Shown here: piece after piece, positions 1 to 10,540 of the stretch
Layout: each line of letters opens with the position of its first letter
How positions within the stretch are numbered: the first letter of the stretch is position 1
Assembly (NCBI GenBank): GCA_050485365.1
Contig: JBJHBH010000001.1
Span: 1,101 to 65,100, forward strand
Length of the DNA: 64,000 nt
Reading direction: 5' to 3'
Origin: Desulfuromonadales bacterium
GTDB lineage: Bacteria > Desulfobacterota > Desulfuromonadia > Desulfuromonadales > JACZKF01
Made by a program: the position numbers and the translations under genes
Notes under the pieces: model-generated
What the model saw: only the letters and a program-made list of their open reading frames with translations
Databases searched by the model: none
What the model was told of the DNA's origin: nothing

Positions 1-1
1 G

Positions 2-1003
2 CTGATCGCGCCGGAGCTTGCGCCCAGCGCCCGCTTCGACCCGGGGCACCATGCGGTGATGATGGGGTACGACTTCCATCTGCAGGGCGATGCGCCGCGG
101 CTGATCGAAGTCAACACCAACGCGGGCGGCGCGCTGCTCGCCTATCTGGCCCACCACCCCAGCGCCGCCGTCGCCAGAGAGCGCCTCCCCGAGCGCCTTC
201 GCCGGCGGTTTCTGCGCCCGTTTTCCGACGAGATGAGCGCCTTCAGCGCAGGGACGCTGCGGCGCCCCGAGCGCCTCGTCATCCTCGACGAAGATCCTGA
301 AGGACAGTTTCTCTACCGGGAGATGGTCGAATTCGCGCGGATGTTCGCCGAGGCGTGGGGGATCGAGGCACACGTCGTCGACCCCGCCCGTCTTCAGGCC
401 TCGGAAGCGGGGGTCTTTCTGGAGGGGAGGCGCATCGACATGGTCTACAACCGTCACTGCGACTTCTATCTGGCGGAGGAGGGGATGCGGGGGATGCGCG
501 ACGCCTATATGGCGAAAACGGTCTGTTTGACCCCCAACCCCTTCGCCTACGGACGCCTCGCCGACAAGCGCCGGATGACGCTGTGGTCCGATCCGTCGGT
601 GCTGAAGGCGCTCGGGGCGCGGCCGAAGGAGGTGGCGCTTTTGGGGGAGGTCGTGCCGGAGAGCCGCCTGATGAGCGATTTCGATCGCGAGGCGCTCTGG
701 CGTGAGCGCAAGGGGTGGGTCTTCAAGCCGGTCTCGCGCTTCGGCAGCCGGGGCGTCTTTCTCGGACGCAAGATCTCGCGCGCGCGCTTCGACGAGCTTT
801 GCGCCGAGGAGACCCTGGTTCAGCGCGAGGTTCCCCCCTCCGAGACCGCCGGGCCGTCCGGAGGGGCGCCGATGAAGACCGACTTTCGCCTCTACGTCTA
901 CCGCACCCGCCTCCTCGGCGTCACCGCCCGCCTCTACCAGGGGCAGGTCACCAACCTGCGCACGCCGGGCGGGGGGTTCGCGCCGGTGAAGATCAGGCGA
1001 TAG
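2..1003 (+). CDS. ATP-grasp-like (circularly permuted / glutathionylspermidine-synthase-like) ligase, 5'-partial
   Basis: Frame is open from base 2 (LIAPELAPSARFDPGHHAVMMGYDFHL...). Motifs GYDFHL-x-RLIEVNTNAGG, WVFKPVSRFGSRG and LVQREV..KTDFRLY..RLYQGQVTNLRTPGGGF are typical of this family. Confidence 0.6.
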   Translation: MIAPELAPSARFDPGHHAVMMGYDFHLQGDAPRLIEVNTNAGGALLAYLAHHPSAAVARERLPERLRRRFLRPFSDEMSAFSAGTLRRPERLVILDEDPEGQFLYREMVEFARMFAEAWGIEAHVVDPARLQASEAGVFLEGRRIDMVYNRHCDFYLAEEGMRGMRDAYMAKTVCLTPNPFAYGRLADKRRMTLWSDPSVLKALGARPKEVALLGEVVPESRLMSDFDREALWRERKGWVFKPVSRFGSRGVFLGRKISRARFDELCAEETLVQREVPPSETAGPSGGAPMKTDFRLYVYRTRLLGVTARLYQGQVTNLRTPGGGFAPVKIRR

Positions 1004-1080
1004 GCGAGAGGCGATGGGCGATGGCGCTAGACTCTCTTGCCCCTTGCCCCTTGCCCCTTGCCCCTTGCCCCTTGTGCCCC
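1001..1080. repeat. Heptamer tandem repeats: 5 perfect TTGCCCC (1037-1071) preceded by degenerate purine-rich heptamers (ATAGGCG AGAGGCG ATGGGCG)
   Basis: Read directly; lies between two convergent stop codons. Confidence 0.85.
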
Positions 1081-1775
1081 TACCAGGGCAGCTCGCGGCC
1101 GTCGTAATTGAAGAAGCTGCCGCTGTCGTCGAGGGTGATGCGGTCGAGGACTTTTTGCAGCCCCTGCGCGCTTTGGTGCGGAGTGATGGGAGCGTCGGCG
1201 CCCCCCATGTCGGTCTGCACCCAGCCGGGATGCAGGACGACGGCGGCGATTCCGCGCGGGCGCAGGTCGGCGGCGAGGGAGCGCACCACCATGTGGGCGG
1301 CTGCCTTGGAGGAGCGGTAGGCGTAGGAGTCTCCGGAGCGGTTGTCGGCGAGGCTCCCCATGAGGGTTCCCATGGTGGCGATGATCTTGCGGTCGCTGCG
1401 CGCGACGTGCTCCACGAAGGCGAGGGCCATCTTGTAGGGGGCGACAGTGTTGACGCGAAAGGCGCGCATCCACCCGCTCAGATCGATGGGGCCGAAGGCC
1501 TGGGGGCGCGGGCCGTAGATGCCGGCGTTGTTGAACAGGATGTCGATCTTCTCCCCGTCGAGGTCGCGCGCCAGGGCGTCGATCTGCTCGTGCTCATCGA
1601 CGGTCAGTCGGTGAACGCTGATCGAATCGGCGCTGTGCTGCGCCAGGGCGTTGAGCTCCTGCGCGGATTCGGGGGCGCGGCAGCACGCGAAGATGCGCCA
1701 CTGCCGCGCGGCGTACTGCCGGACCAACTCCAGCCCGATGCCGCGATTGGCCCCGGTGATCAGGATCGATTCCAT
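1080..1775 (-). CDS. Short-chain dehydrogenase/reductase (CsgA/C-factor-like)
   Basis: TGANRGIG Rossmann motif, NNAG, catalytic YRSSK, LHPGWVQTDMG. Confidence 0.92.
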   Translation of the reverse strand: MESILITGANRGIGLELVRQYAARQWRIFACCRAPESAQELNALAQHSADSISVHRLTVDEHEQIDALARDLDGEKIDILFNNAGIYGPRPQAFGPIDLSGWMRAFRVNTVAPYKMALAFVEHVARSDRKIIATMGTLMGSLADNRSGDSYAYRSSKAAAHMVVRSLAADLRPRGIAAVVLHPGWVQTDMGGADAPITPHQSAQGLQKVLDRITLDDSGSFFNYDGRELPW

Positions 1776-1803
1776 CCGACCTCCTTTCCCCGGGGCGTCT
1801 CGC

Positions 1804-3123
1804 TCAGCGGGCCGCGCTTCCGGGCACGAGTTCCAGTTTGCTTGTGATGTTGTTTCTGACCCAGGCCGGGTCCCACCACTCCAACGGCGCCACTTCCAGT
1901 CCCGCTATAAGCATACCAAAATGCAGGTGGTCTCCACCGGCCATCCCCGACGTTCCGCTTCGGCCGATCTCCTGTCCCTTCTCGACCCATTGACCGACCT
2001 CCACGCTCATATGGCTGAGGTGGGAGTAGAGGCTTTGAAGCCCCAGCCCGTGATCGATGACGACGCAATTGCCGTAGATGCCGAGGTAGTCGGCGTAGAC
2101 GACGCGGCCGGTGTTGGCCGCCGCGATGGGCATCTGGGCGACCCCGGCGATGTCGATGCCGAGATGGGTGGCCCGGTCGATTTCGCGCCCCTGGTAGTAA
2201 TAGGTGCGCCCCTGGGCGAAGAGGCCGTGGGTGGAGCCGGGCTGGCGGCGAAAGGCGCCGTCCCACAGGGGGCGCGAGGCGGTCTGTTTGCCGATCTGTT
2301 CGAGGTAGCGCACGTTCTCCTCCCTCAGCTCGCGATTGACCCTGAGGAAAAGGTCGAGATAGCTCTTCTCGCCGGGGAAGAACGGCTCGAATTCGGGCAT
2401 CTTGGCGTTCAGGAAGTTATCGCTGATGTTGATGGTGTCGCGGGGGAAGTTGCGGGCGTTGGCGTGGAAGTTAAAGCCGCTGCGGCGCTCGTTGCCGGCC
2501 AGGTCGACCGCCACCAGGCGGGGGGTGAACTCCTCGCGCGACATCATCCAGGGGAAGGCGAAGAACGAGGCGTAGAGGTTCTCCTCGATCCTGTGGCCGG
2601 GGAAGAAGAAGTCGCCCACCTCCACGCCGGTGCGCTCCACCTCTTCGTCGAGGCGATAGAGGATGAGGGCGCCCCCCCCCTGATTGATGTTGTGCGTTGT
2701 CGTCACCAGCGTGATGACCGGCGCACGGGTGTCGAGGGTGTAGGAGAGGCTCGTCTCGGCCCTGTTGCCGCGCCCGAAGGAGTAGATGGAGTGATCGCCC
2801 GCGGTGACGACGATCTGCACGGGTCCTTCGCGCAGCTCGGCGCCGGCCAGGGTGACGCTCTCGGTGGCGCGGGTCGTTCCCGCCTCGTAGCTGCGGCTCA
2901 ACAGCTCGCGGGTTCTGTCGCCCTGAACGGCGACGACGCGCACGCTCTTGAGGCCGGCCCCGGTGTCCTCGAACTCCAGCGTCAGGGGACGCTGGTTCGA
3001 GATCGGGCCGGGACCGGGGGTGATCGACACGGTCGGGGCGGTGGTGTCCTTGAAATAGGTGATCGCACCGACGATGGAGAGGGCGAGGAGCAGCGAGAGG
3101 AGAACGGCCGATTTTTTCTTCAT
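1804..3123 (-). CDS. M23/LytM family metallopeptidase with N-terminal signal/anchor
   Basis: Hydrophobic N-terminus; HLGID (HxxxD), YSHLS and HLHF zinc motifs; YGNCVVIDHGLG. Confidence 0.9.
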   Translation of the reverse strand: MKKKSAVLLSLLLALSIVGAITYFKDTTAPTVSITPGPGPISNQRPLTLEFEDTGAGLKSVRVVAVQGDRTRELLSRSYEAGTTRATESVTLAGAELREGPVQIVVTAGDHSIYSFGRGNRAETSLSYTLDTRAPVITLVTTTHNINQGGGALILYRLDEEVERTGVEVGDFFFPGHRIEENLYASFFAFPWMMSREEFTPRLVAVDLAGNERRSGFNFHANARNFPRDTINISDNFLNAKMPEFEPFFPGEKSYLDLFLRVNRELREENVRYLEQIGKQTASRPLWDGAFRRQPGSTHGLFAQGRTYYYQGREIDRATHLGIDIAGVAQMPIAAANTGRVVYADYLGIYGNCVVIDHGLGLQSLYSHLSHMSVEVGQWVEKGQEIGRSGTSGMAGGDHLHFGMLIAGLEVAPLEWWDPAWVRNNITSKLELVPGSAAR

Positions 3124-3351
3124 TTCAATGGATCCTTTTGGTCGTTGGGGACGAAACGGACGAACGTTGTATGGGGTCGATCGAAAATCGCAGGGAGATG
3201 ACAGCGACGTGGGATGAGCACCGTAAGTACTTTTGGTAGAAAGGAAAAGAAGCGAACGGCGCCAGTATAATCCGCTTTTTCTCGGGGGGCAAGAAATACC
3301 GGAGGAGAATCGTGAGGTGGGGTTACTCGGCGACCACCACGGCGGCGCGCC

Positions 3352-4371
3352 TCAGCGGCTGCGCATCAGCTCGCGGTAGCGCTGCACGGCGCGGTTGTGC
3401 TCCTGCAGGGTGCGCGAGAAGACGTGGGTGCCGTCGCCGGCCGAGACGAAGTAGAGATAATCGACGTCGGCGGGGAAGGCCGTGGCGCGCAGGGCGTCCT
3501 CCCCCGGGCTGGCGATGGGGCCCGGCGGCAGGGCGGGGATGCGGTAGGTGTTGTAGGGGGTGTCGGCCTGCAGGTGGCGCCGGGTGATCGTGCCGGTGTA
3601 GTCCTCGACCCCGTAAATGACCGTCGGGTCGGCCTGAAGCGGCATGCGGATGCGCAACCGATTGTGGAAGACGGCCGCTACCTTGGGCATCTCTTCGCGG
3701 TTGCCCGCCTCCTTCTGCACGATGGAGGCGAGGGTGAGGAGCTGGTGGATGTCGAGGCCCCGGGCGGCGGCCCCCTCGACGATCTCGGGGGTCAGCCGGG
3801 CGCGCAGCTGCTGGACCATGGAGCGCGCCATGCGCTCGGCGCTCATCCCGGAGATGAAGGTGTAGGTTTCGGGAAAGAGATATCCTTCCAGCGAAGGAGC
3901 CTCGATCTGCAGCGAGGCGAGAAAATCGGGGTCGCGGGCGAGGAGCCCGAAGGCCTCCGCGCCGCCGAAGCCGGCCGCGGCCAGGGTGGCGGCGATCTCG
4001 TTCAGGTTGAACCCTTCGGGGATGGTGACACGGTGCACGACGACGTCGCCGGCGACGAGGCGATCGAGCACCCGGTTCGGCGTCGCCGCCTCCGAGAAGG
4101 CGTACTCCCCCGCCTTGACCAAGGTCGCGTCACCGCGCAGGCGCACCAGAAGGCGCAGCTTCTCGGCGCTGGAGACGACCCCCGCCTCTTCCAGCGAGGC
4201 GGCGGTGCGGGCGAAGGACGCCCCGGGGGGGATCGTCACCACCACGGCCTGCGAAGGCGCCACCTCCTCGACATAGAAGGCGAGGTAGGGATAGGCGATG
4301 ACGGCCGCCAGGGCGAGGCCCGTCACGAAAAAGAGCAGAGCGAGTTTGCGAAGCATGTGCGAGATCGTCAT
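3352..4371 (-). CDS. mltG: Endolytic transglycosylase MltG (YceG)
   Basis: N-terminal TM; TIPEG, LEGYLFPETY, LASIVQKEA, LQADPTVIY, YNTY..PALPPGPIASPG, YLYFVS. Confidence 0.95.
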   Translation of the reverse strand: MTISHMLRKLALLFFVTGLALAAVIAYPYLAFYVEEVAPSQAVVVTIPPGASFARTAASLEEAGVVSSAEKLRLLVRLRGDATLVKAGEYAFSEAATPNRVLDRLVAGDVVVHRVTIPEGFNLNEIAATLAAAGFGGAEAFGLLARDPDFLASLQIEAPSLEGYLFPETYTFISGMSAERMARSMVQQLRARLTPEIVEGAAARGLDIHQLLTLASIVQKEAGNREEMPKVAAVFHNRLRIRMPLQADPTVIYGVEDYTGTITRRHLQADTPYNTYRIPALPPGPIASPGEDALRATAFPADVDYLYFVSAGDGTHVFSRTLQEHNRAVQRYRELMRSR

Positions 4372-4457
4372 GTGAAATCGAGGGGTGCAATCGTCGTTTC
4401 AGGTTAACGAAAGCCGCTCCCCTGTCAAACGCGAAAGTCGCCCATCGGCCGCCGCCC

Positions 4458-5042
<585 letters not shown>

Positions 5043-5268
5043 CGAAAGCGGTCTCTCGGAGGAGAAATCAGAAAGAGCGGCCTGCAGGGCCGCTCCTCAT
5101 GCATGCGTACGAACGGGACCCGGCAGGCGCGAACGCCCTGATCCCTGACGGATACAGCCGACACATATACCATGGTTCGCTCCGGCAAGGCAAGATGGTT
5201 GCCTTGGGGCGTATGGCACCGTGGTCATCGGGACAAGCGCGTCGCGAAGGGAGGGGGGGGGGGAATGC

Positions 5269-6507
5269 TCAGCTCCCCGGGGCGGGGTCGGTGTCGAGAA
5301 ACGCAAGCCAGCTCTCGGCCTGCCGGCGCGCGCTCGAATGGTCGCGCGCCTGCACGAAGGCGGTGCGGGCCGATACGGCGTCGCCGCTGTAAAAAGACGC
5401 CATCCCGAGCATCAGCAGGGCGTCGGCGCGGGTGCGCTCGCGGGGGCTCTGGGCGGCGCGGCGCAGGGGTTCCACCGCGGCGTCCCATTCTTCCTGCTGC
5501 AGGTGGATCTGTCCGAGCTTCAGGCTCGTCTCGTACCCTGCGCCGGCCGTCAGCGCCTTGTGCAGCGCCGTCACCGCGAAGGGGAGCTCCTGCGCCCGAA
5601 GCCAGCTGTCGGCGAGGAGCTCGTAGTGCGCGGCGCTCGCCTCGATCCTCCTTTTTTCGAGGGCCTCTTCGAGGATCCTCGCCGCCTTGTGGGGGACGCC
5701 GACGTAGAGGTGAAAACGCGCCAGATGCAGGATGTCGCGCTCCTGCGTCATCAGGCCGTTGTGGTAGGCCGCCGCCAGGGCCGCCACGGCCCGCCGGTCG
5801 TCCTGAAGCTGGAAGTAGACCGAGGAGAGCTGCTGCCAGTAGCGCTTCTCCTGCGGGAAGCGCTCGATGACGACGGGGAGCCACTTCACGAGGGCGGCGT
5901 TGTCCTGCGCCCCCTGCAGGGCGGCGACGAGGAGCTGATACCACGACTCGGGGGGCGCGGGGGCGGCGCGCAGGGCCTCCTCCATGAGGCGGGCGGCGCG
6001 TTTGTAGCTCTCGGCGCCGAGGTGAATCCAGGCGGCCTGCACGCGCCGCTCGGGGGTGATGTCGTCGGCGGCGGCGAGCCAGGCGTCGATGGCCCGAAGC
6101 GCCTCGGCGTGGCGGCCGAGGCTCATCAGGATCTGGGCGATGTTGTAGCGGATCTGCTGGGCGCTTGCGGCGTCGAGGTCGTCGGACTGCAGCGCCGTCT
6201 CGTAGGCCTTGAGCGCCTCGGCGTTGCGGCCGGTCTCGCTCAGCAGGTAGCCTCGCATCTGCCAGGCGGTGGCGACGGCGTACGATTCGCGGCTGAAATT
6301 TTCGATGAAACGGCCCAGCGCCGCGTCGGCCTCTCGCCATTTCGACTCCTGCAAAAGGGACTGGATCTGCGTAAGGGCCTCGTGCGCCCGCGGCGAGATG
6401 CTCGGCCCCTGGGCGAGGGAAGCGCCCGCCGGTGCCAGAAGGAGCGCGGCGAGAACCAGGGTGCCCAGCAGGCGCGATAGAGGGCGAATCGGTGAAAAGA
6501 ACGGCAT
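5269..6507 (-). CDS. Exported tetratricopeptide-repeat protein of the TonB cluster (TtpD-like)
   Basis: Signal peptide, repeated helical A/L/Y TPR pattern, 3 nt downstream of tonB. Confidence 0.8.
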   Translation of the reverse strand: MPFFSPIRPLSRLLGTLVLAALLLAPAGASLAQGPSISPRAHEALTQIQSLLQESKWREADAALGRFIENFSRESYAVATAWQMRGYLLSETGRNAEALKAYETALQSDDLDAASAQQIRYNIAQILMSLGRHAEALRAIDAWLAAADDITPERRVQAAWIHLGAESYKRAARLMEEALRAAPAPPESWYQLLVAALQGAQDNAALVKWLPVVIERFPQEKRYWQQLSSVYFQLQDDRRAVAALAAAYHNGLMTQERDILHLARFHLYVGVPHKAARILEEALEKRRIEASAAHYELLADSWLRAQELPFAVTALHKALTAGAGYETSLKLGQIHLQQEEWDAAVEPLRRAAQSPRERTRADALLMLGMASFYSGDAVSARTAFVQARDHSSARRQAESWLAFLDTDPAPGS

Positions 6508-6510
6508 CGC

Positions 6511-7158
6511 TCAGCGTTCCATGTTGAAGTTGATGGTGATCGTCGCCGTGGCGGGGACAGGCCTGCCGTCGACCGTCTGCGGGTTGAACTTCCAGCGGGC
6601 CAGAGCCCGGCTCGCTTCGTGGTCGAAGATCCCGCGGCGCGGGCTCGCCTCGACGACCTCGATGTCGCGCACCGATCCGTCTTCGTTGATGATGAAGGTG
6701 AGGCGGACCCACCCCGAGATGCCGTCCATCTGCGCCCGGCGCGGATACATGGGGGGCACCTGAGAGACGGGGGTGAGGGGCTGCGAGTAGGCGACGGGGC
6801 CCGAAGCGGCCGCGGGGGCCGCCGCCACCGGAATCCCCCCCATGGCCAGACTCGGCCGAAAATCGGGCATCGGCAGATCGAGAGGCGGCGCCTGGGGTGT
6901 TTGGGTTTGCGGCGTCGGAAGAGCTTCTATCTGCGGAACGGGCCGGGGCTTTTCTGGGGGCGGGGGGGGCTCGCGGCGACGCTCCTGCACCTGCGTCGTC
7001 TGGTCGTCGATGCGGATGAAGTTCATCGTCACCCGGTCGCGGCGCTCGCCGAGATCGCCGCCGCCGCGGCTGATGAGGACCGTCATGAGCCAGAACAGGG
7101 CGAAGGCGACGAGGAGGGCGCTCAGAAAGGCCCCCGCGTAGCGCATCTGCGTCGTCAT
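6511..7158 (-). CDS. tonB: Energy transducer TonB
   Basis: N-terminal TM, proline-rich linker (PPPPPEKPRP), C-terminal YPRRAQMDGISGWV..F..G.V...EASRALARWKF. Confidence 0.93.
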   Translation of the reverse strand: MTTQMRYAGAFLSALLVAFALFWLMTVLISRGGGDLGERRDRVTMNFIRIDDQTTQVQERRREPPPPPEKPRPVPQIEALPTPQTQTPQAPPLDLPMPDFRPSLAMGGIPVAAAPAAASGPVAYSQPLTPVSQVPPMYPRRAQMDGISGWVRLTFIINEDGSVRDIEVVEASPRRGIFDHEASRALARWKFNPQTVDGRPVPATATITINFNMER

Positions 7159-7559
7159 GGGCGGCTCGCCGCGATGGCCATGTTGACCACCCCCGCAAGG
7201 CGGACCTGGTCCATGACCTCGACCAGGATACCGGTGCGCGACCCCTCGTCGGCCTGGATCACCACCGCCCCCTCGGGGTTTTCGGCTCGCAGGCGCTCGA
7301 CATTGGCCCGCACGGCCCGCAGGTCGACCTGACGCTGATCGATCCAGATGGCGCCGCTCTCCGATACCGCGATCATGATGTTGCCGCGCTCCTGTCGCTC
7401 GGCGCTCGCCGCCGTGGGGCGGTTGATCTCGATCCCCGCCTCCTTCACGAAGGAGGTGGTGACGATGAAGAAGATCAGCATGATGAAGACGACGTCCATC
7501 ATCGACGTCAGGTCGATTTCAGCCGACTCCCTCTCAGAGATGCGGTGTCTTCGTCTCAT
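7155..7559 (-). CDS. exbD: ExbD/TolR biopolymer transport protein
   Basis: IDLTSMMDVVFIMLIFFIVTTSF motif and VVIQAD. Start re-placed at ATG 7559, overlapping the exbB stop. Confidence 0.93.
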   Translation of the reverse strand: MRRRHRISERESAEIDLTSMMDVVFIMLIFFIVTTSFVKEAGIEINRPTAASAERQERGNIMIAVSESGAIWIDQRQVDLRAVRANVERLRAENPEGAVVIQADEGSRTGILVEVMDQVRLAGVVNMAIAASRP

Positions 7560-8092
7560 TTTTTTCCTGTCCTGGTGATGTACTGCGAAAGGACGTCGGA
7601 GGCCTTGCGGGCCTTCGCCTCGCTTGCGCGCCTGAGGTCGATGCTGAAAAAGAGCCCCGAGAGGGCCACGACGAGCCCCGTCATCGTCGGGATCGTCGCC
7701 ATGGAGACCCCCGAGGCCATCGCCCGGGGGTTGCCGGTGCCGCTGAACTCCAGCACGTCGAAGACCTGGATCATCCCCGTCACCGTCCCCAGAAGCCCCA
7801 ATAGCGGGCACAGAGCGATGAAGGTGCGGATGAGGTAGACCGACCCCCCCAGCCGGTGGCGCAGCTCGGCGATCTCCTTGCGCTGGACGGTGCGGGCCTG
7901 CCACAGATCGGGGCAGGGGCGTTCCTTCCAGCGGGCGCACAGCTGCGCGAATTCACGCGGATAGATGCGCCAGTGATACCAGTAGCGCTCGATGATGAGG
8001 GTCCACAGGGCGATGGAGACGAAGAGAATCGCCCACATCACCTGCCCGCCCGCATCGAAGAAGTGCGCTATGGCGTAGAACGACTCAGGCAT
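7556..8092 (-). CDS. exbB: MotA/TolQ/ExbB proton channel
   Basis: PLLGLLGTVTGMIQVF and MASGVSMATIPTMTGL. Confidence 0.92.
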   Translation of the reverse strand: MPESFYAIAHFFDAGGQVMWAILFVSIALWTLIIERYWYHWRIYPREFAQLCARWKERPCPDLWQARTVQRKEIAELRHRLGGSVYLIRTFIALCPLLGLLGTVTGMIQVFDVLEFSGTGNPRAMASGVSMATIPTMTGLVVALSGLFFSIDLRRASEAKARKASDVLSQYITRTGKK

Positions 8093-9449
8093 CGGCCCCC
8101 GCCCCTCTGACCTTCTCCATGTGTTCGGCGAGAAGCCCCGCCCCCTGCTCCTCCATGATGTTGACCAGGTAGCGGCTCTTGGCCGCCGCCACGTTGTGCA
8201 AAAAGAGGAGCGGGATCGCCACGACGAGGCCGAGGGCCGTGGTGACGAGGGCCTGCGAGATCCCGCCTGCCATGAGCTGCGGGTCCCCCGTGCCGAAGAG
8301 GGTGATCGACTGGAACGTCTCGATCATCCCCACGACGGTCCCCAGAAGGCCGAGAAGCGGCGCCACGGCGGCGAGAATCTTGATCGTCGTCAGCCCCCAC
8401 TCCAAGCGCGGGATCTCGCGCAGCACCGCCTCGTCGAGCTTGACCTCCAGCGTCTCCGGCGCCATGGCGCGGTTCTGGTCGTACAGGGCGAGGATTCGCC
8501 CCACGGGATTGTCGTCGCGGGCTTCATCGGTCTGGAGCTGCCCCTTGACGCGGCGGCTCACCAGGCACAGGTAGGTGTAGCGCGCGGCGAAGAGGCCGAT
8601 GCCGAAGACGCCGAGGACGAGGATGATCGCCCCGATTTCGCGGCCGTGGCGCACCCGCTCCATCAGCGTCGGCGACTGAACGAGCTGCGTCAGAATCGCG
8701 CCGCGCGAAGGGTCGACGGCGAAGGGGCGCACCTGGCCGTTCGAAGCGCTTTCGAGCTCACGGGCCATCCGCAGGGTGCGCCCTTCGGGTTGCCTGGGCA
8801 GGACGAGGAACTGATTTCGCCCCTCGACATGCGAAAGATACGCCCCTGCGGCGACGGCGTTGAAGGCGCCGACGCGAAGAATCTGGCCCGGCTCTCTGCG
8901 CCCGTCGGGAGTGACGATCTCGCTCGCGAAGGGGACGACCTTCCCCGATTCGACCATCTCCTGCAGAACGATGAGCCACAGCCCTTCGAGCTCTTCGATG
9001 GAGGGGAGGGTGCGACTCGAGCTGAGGCGGCCCAGAAAATCGATCGATTCGGGGTGGGCGGCCATGGCCAGCGAGCCGAGAGAGCGGGCGTGAAAGTCGC
9101 CGGCGCTCTGGCGCACCACGCCGAAGACTTCGCCGAGGCTCCCCTGCTGCTCGCGCAGCGTCTCCTCCAACCGGGTGAGGCGCGCCTCGTTGGCGTCGTA
9201 GGTACGGGAGAGGGTCTCCTGGCGGCGCTGCTGCTCCTGCAGGCGCTGCTGCGCCTCGCGCACGAGGCGCCGGGCGGCTTCGGCGTCGGTTGTAACGGCC
9301 TTTTCACGCTCCTCGTTGATCTTGCGCTCCGAGGCGGACTGGCGCCGCACCTCCTTGAGGAAGTCGTCGAGGGACGAAGCGGCGTGGAGCGGCAGGGCGG
9401 TCAGGACGAGGGCGAAAAACGACAGAAAGGAAACGACGAAACGGCTCAT
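8085..9449 (-). CDS. Large MotA/TolQ/ExbB-family protein with periplasmic coiled-coil N-terminus (TtpC-like)
   Basis: Start at MSRFVVSF (ATG 9449, overlapping the upstream stop); signal peptide, coiled coil, APLLGLLGTVVGMIETF..GGISQALVTTALGL. Confidence 0.88.
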   Translation of the reverse strand: MSRFVVSFLSFFALVLTALPLHAASSLDDFLKEVRRQSASERKINEEREKAVTTDAEAARRLVREAQQRLQEQQRRQETLSRTYDANEARLTRLEETLREQQGSLGEVFGVVRQSAGDFHARSLGSLAMAAHPESIDFLGRLSSSRTLPSIEELEGLWLIVLQEMVESGKVVPFASEIVTPDGRREPGQILRVGAFNAVAAGAYLSHVEGRNQFLVLPRQPEGRTLRMARELESASNGQVRPFAVDPSRGAILTQLVQSPTLMERVRHGREIGAIILVLGVFGIGLFAARYTYLCLVSRRVKGQLQTDEARDDNPVGRILALYDQNRAMAPETLEVKLDEAVLREIPRLEWGLTTIKILAAVAPLLGLLGTVVGMIETFQSITLFGTGDPQLMAGGISQALVTTALGLVVAIPLLFLHNVAAAKSRYLVNIMEEQGAGLLAEHMEKVRGAGADA

Positions 9450-10267
9450 CGCTGCACCTCCGACATCACCACCGGCACCTCGATGAGCTCGGGGGCCGTC
9501 TGGCGGTTGGCGATGCGGATCCCCTGGCGGATGCCGCGGTGATAGCTTTTGTCGAGAGGCTCCCAGCGCCGAAGCTGCGGGTTCCAGAAACCGCTCTCGC
9601 GCCGGTCGAGGGTCTGGTAGACGAAGGCGAGGCGCCCGATGCGCAGAAACTCGACGCTGCGCTCCTGCCCGTCGATGGTGAGCTCGCCCCGGTACGCCTC
9701 GATGGTGCGGCCGTAGTCGGCTTCGACCTGATAGGCCTCCATGACCTGGCGAAACTTCTGGGCGATGTCGACGTCTGCACGGGTCATCAGCGTCTGCAGC
9801 CCCTCGACCCGCCCCTTGCGCTCGGCATGCAGGAAGGGGACGTCGAGATCGACGAAGCCGTCGAGGGTTTCGAGCATCCGCAGCATCAGCGGGACGATCT
9901 CGCGCTGGGTGACCTGGATGTTCTCGATCTGCCGGTTCAGCGAAGCCGTCTCGGCCTGCTGCGACGCGATCATCGCCTCCAGGTTGTCGTTGTAGACGGT
10001 GAGACTGTCGGCCTGCCTCTGCAGCTCCCTGTACTGGCGCAGCAGCTTCTCCGTCTCCTCGGTCATCCGGTCGATGCGCGTCTGGGACGCTTGCCCCTGC
10101 TGCACCGTCGAGCGCTCGACGTCGATGACCTGTTCGGCGGCCGCCAGAGGCGAAGCCGACACCAGGAGCGCGAAAAGCGCCACCCACGGGGCGCGCCGGA
10201 GAAAATAGTCCGGGCGGCCGGTCCGCCGGGGCGTCTTGTCTTTCAGAGCTGTTCGGGCGAAAGTCAC
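9446..10267 (-). CDS. DUF3450 family periplasmic protein of TonB2-type clusters
   Basis: Coiled coil, LDVPFLHAER, FRQVMEAYQVE..YGRTIEAY, LRIGRLA. GTG start at 10267 inferred from an AAGGAG SD 10 nt upstream. Confidence 0.8.
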   Translation of the reverse strand: MTFARTALKDKTPRRTGRPDYFLRRAPWVALFALLVSASPLAAAEQVIDVERSTVQQGQASQTRIDRMTEETEKLLRQYRELQRQADSLTVYNDNLEAMIASQQAETASLNRQIENIQVTQREIVPLMLRMLETLDGFVDLDVPFLHAERKGRVEGLQTLMTRADVDIAQKFRQVMEAYQVEADYGRTIEAYRGELTIDGQERSVEFLRIGRLAFVYQTLDRRESGFWNPQLRRWEPLDKSYHRGIRQGIRIANRQTAPELIEVPVVMSEVQR

Positions 10268-10346
10268 GACAGTAGATCTCCTTGTTGCTACTATACTTAG
10301 GACGGTTATCTTGAAGCGATAGAATGGAGCGTCTTTCATGGGGGCG

Positions 10347-10365
10347 GAAAATGAAAACCGGGATC
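10347..10365. promoter_or_regulatory. Fur-box-like operator upstream of the DUF3450-exbBBD-tonB operon
   Basis: GAAAATGAAAACCGGGATC, 13/19 match to GATAATGATAATCATTATC; shares GAAAATGAAAA with 12822. Confidence 0.45.
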
Positions 10366-10466
10366 AAAATAGGCAAAGGCAGCCGTGGTGTCAAGGGAAA
10401 TATACCCGGAGGGCTGCGGGTGCTCTAGATGAAGCGCCGCCTCTCACCTTCGGTTGGGCTCTATGT

Positions 10467-10498
10467 AAAAAAACCCGGGTGGATTGGATCCACCCGGG
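10467..10498 (-). terminator. Rho-independent terminator of the TonB-dependent receptor gene
   Basis: CCCGGGTGGAT-tgg-ATCCACCCGGG 11-bp stem followed by T7 on the minus strand, ~40 nt after the stop. Confidence 0.85.
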
Positions 10499-10540
10499 AA
10501 GCTGAAGATCAGCCTGATGTCAGGAGGCGGTTTGGAAGGA

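Noticed and set aside
8085-10394. 769-aa ORF as a single protein
   Set aside because: Its N-terminal part overlaps the DUF3450 gene out of frame; the real protein starts at ATG 9449.
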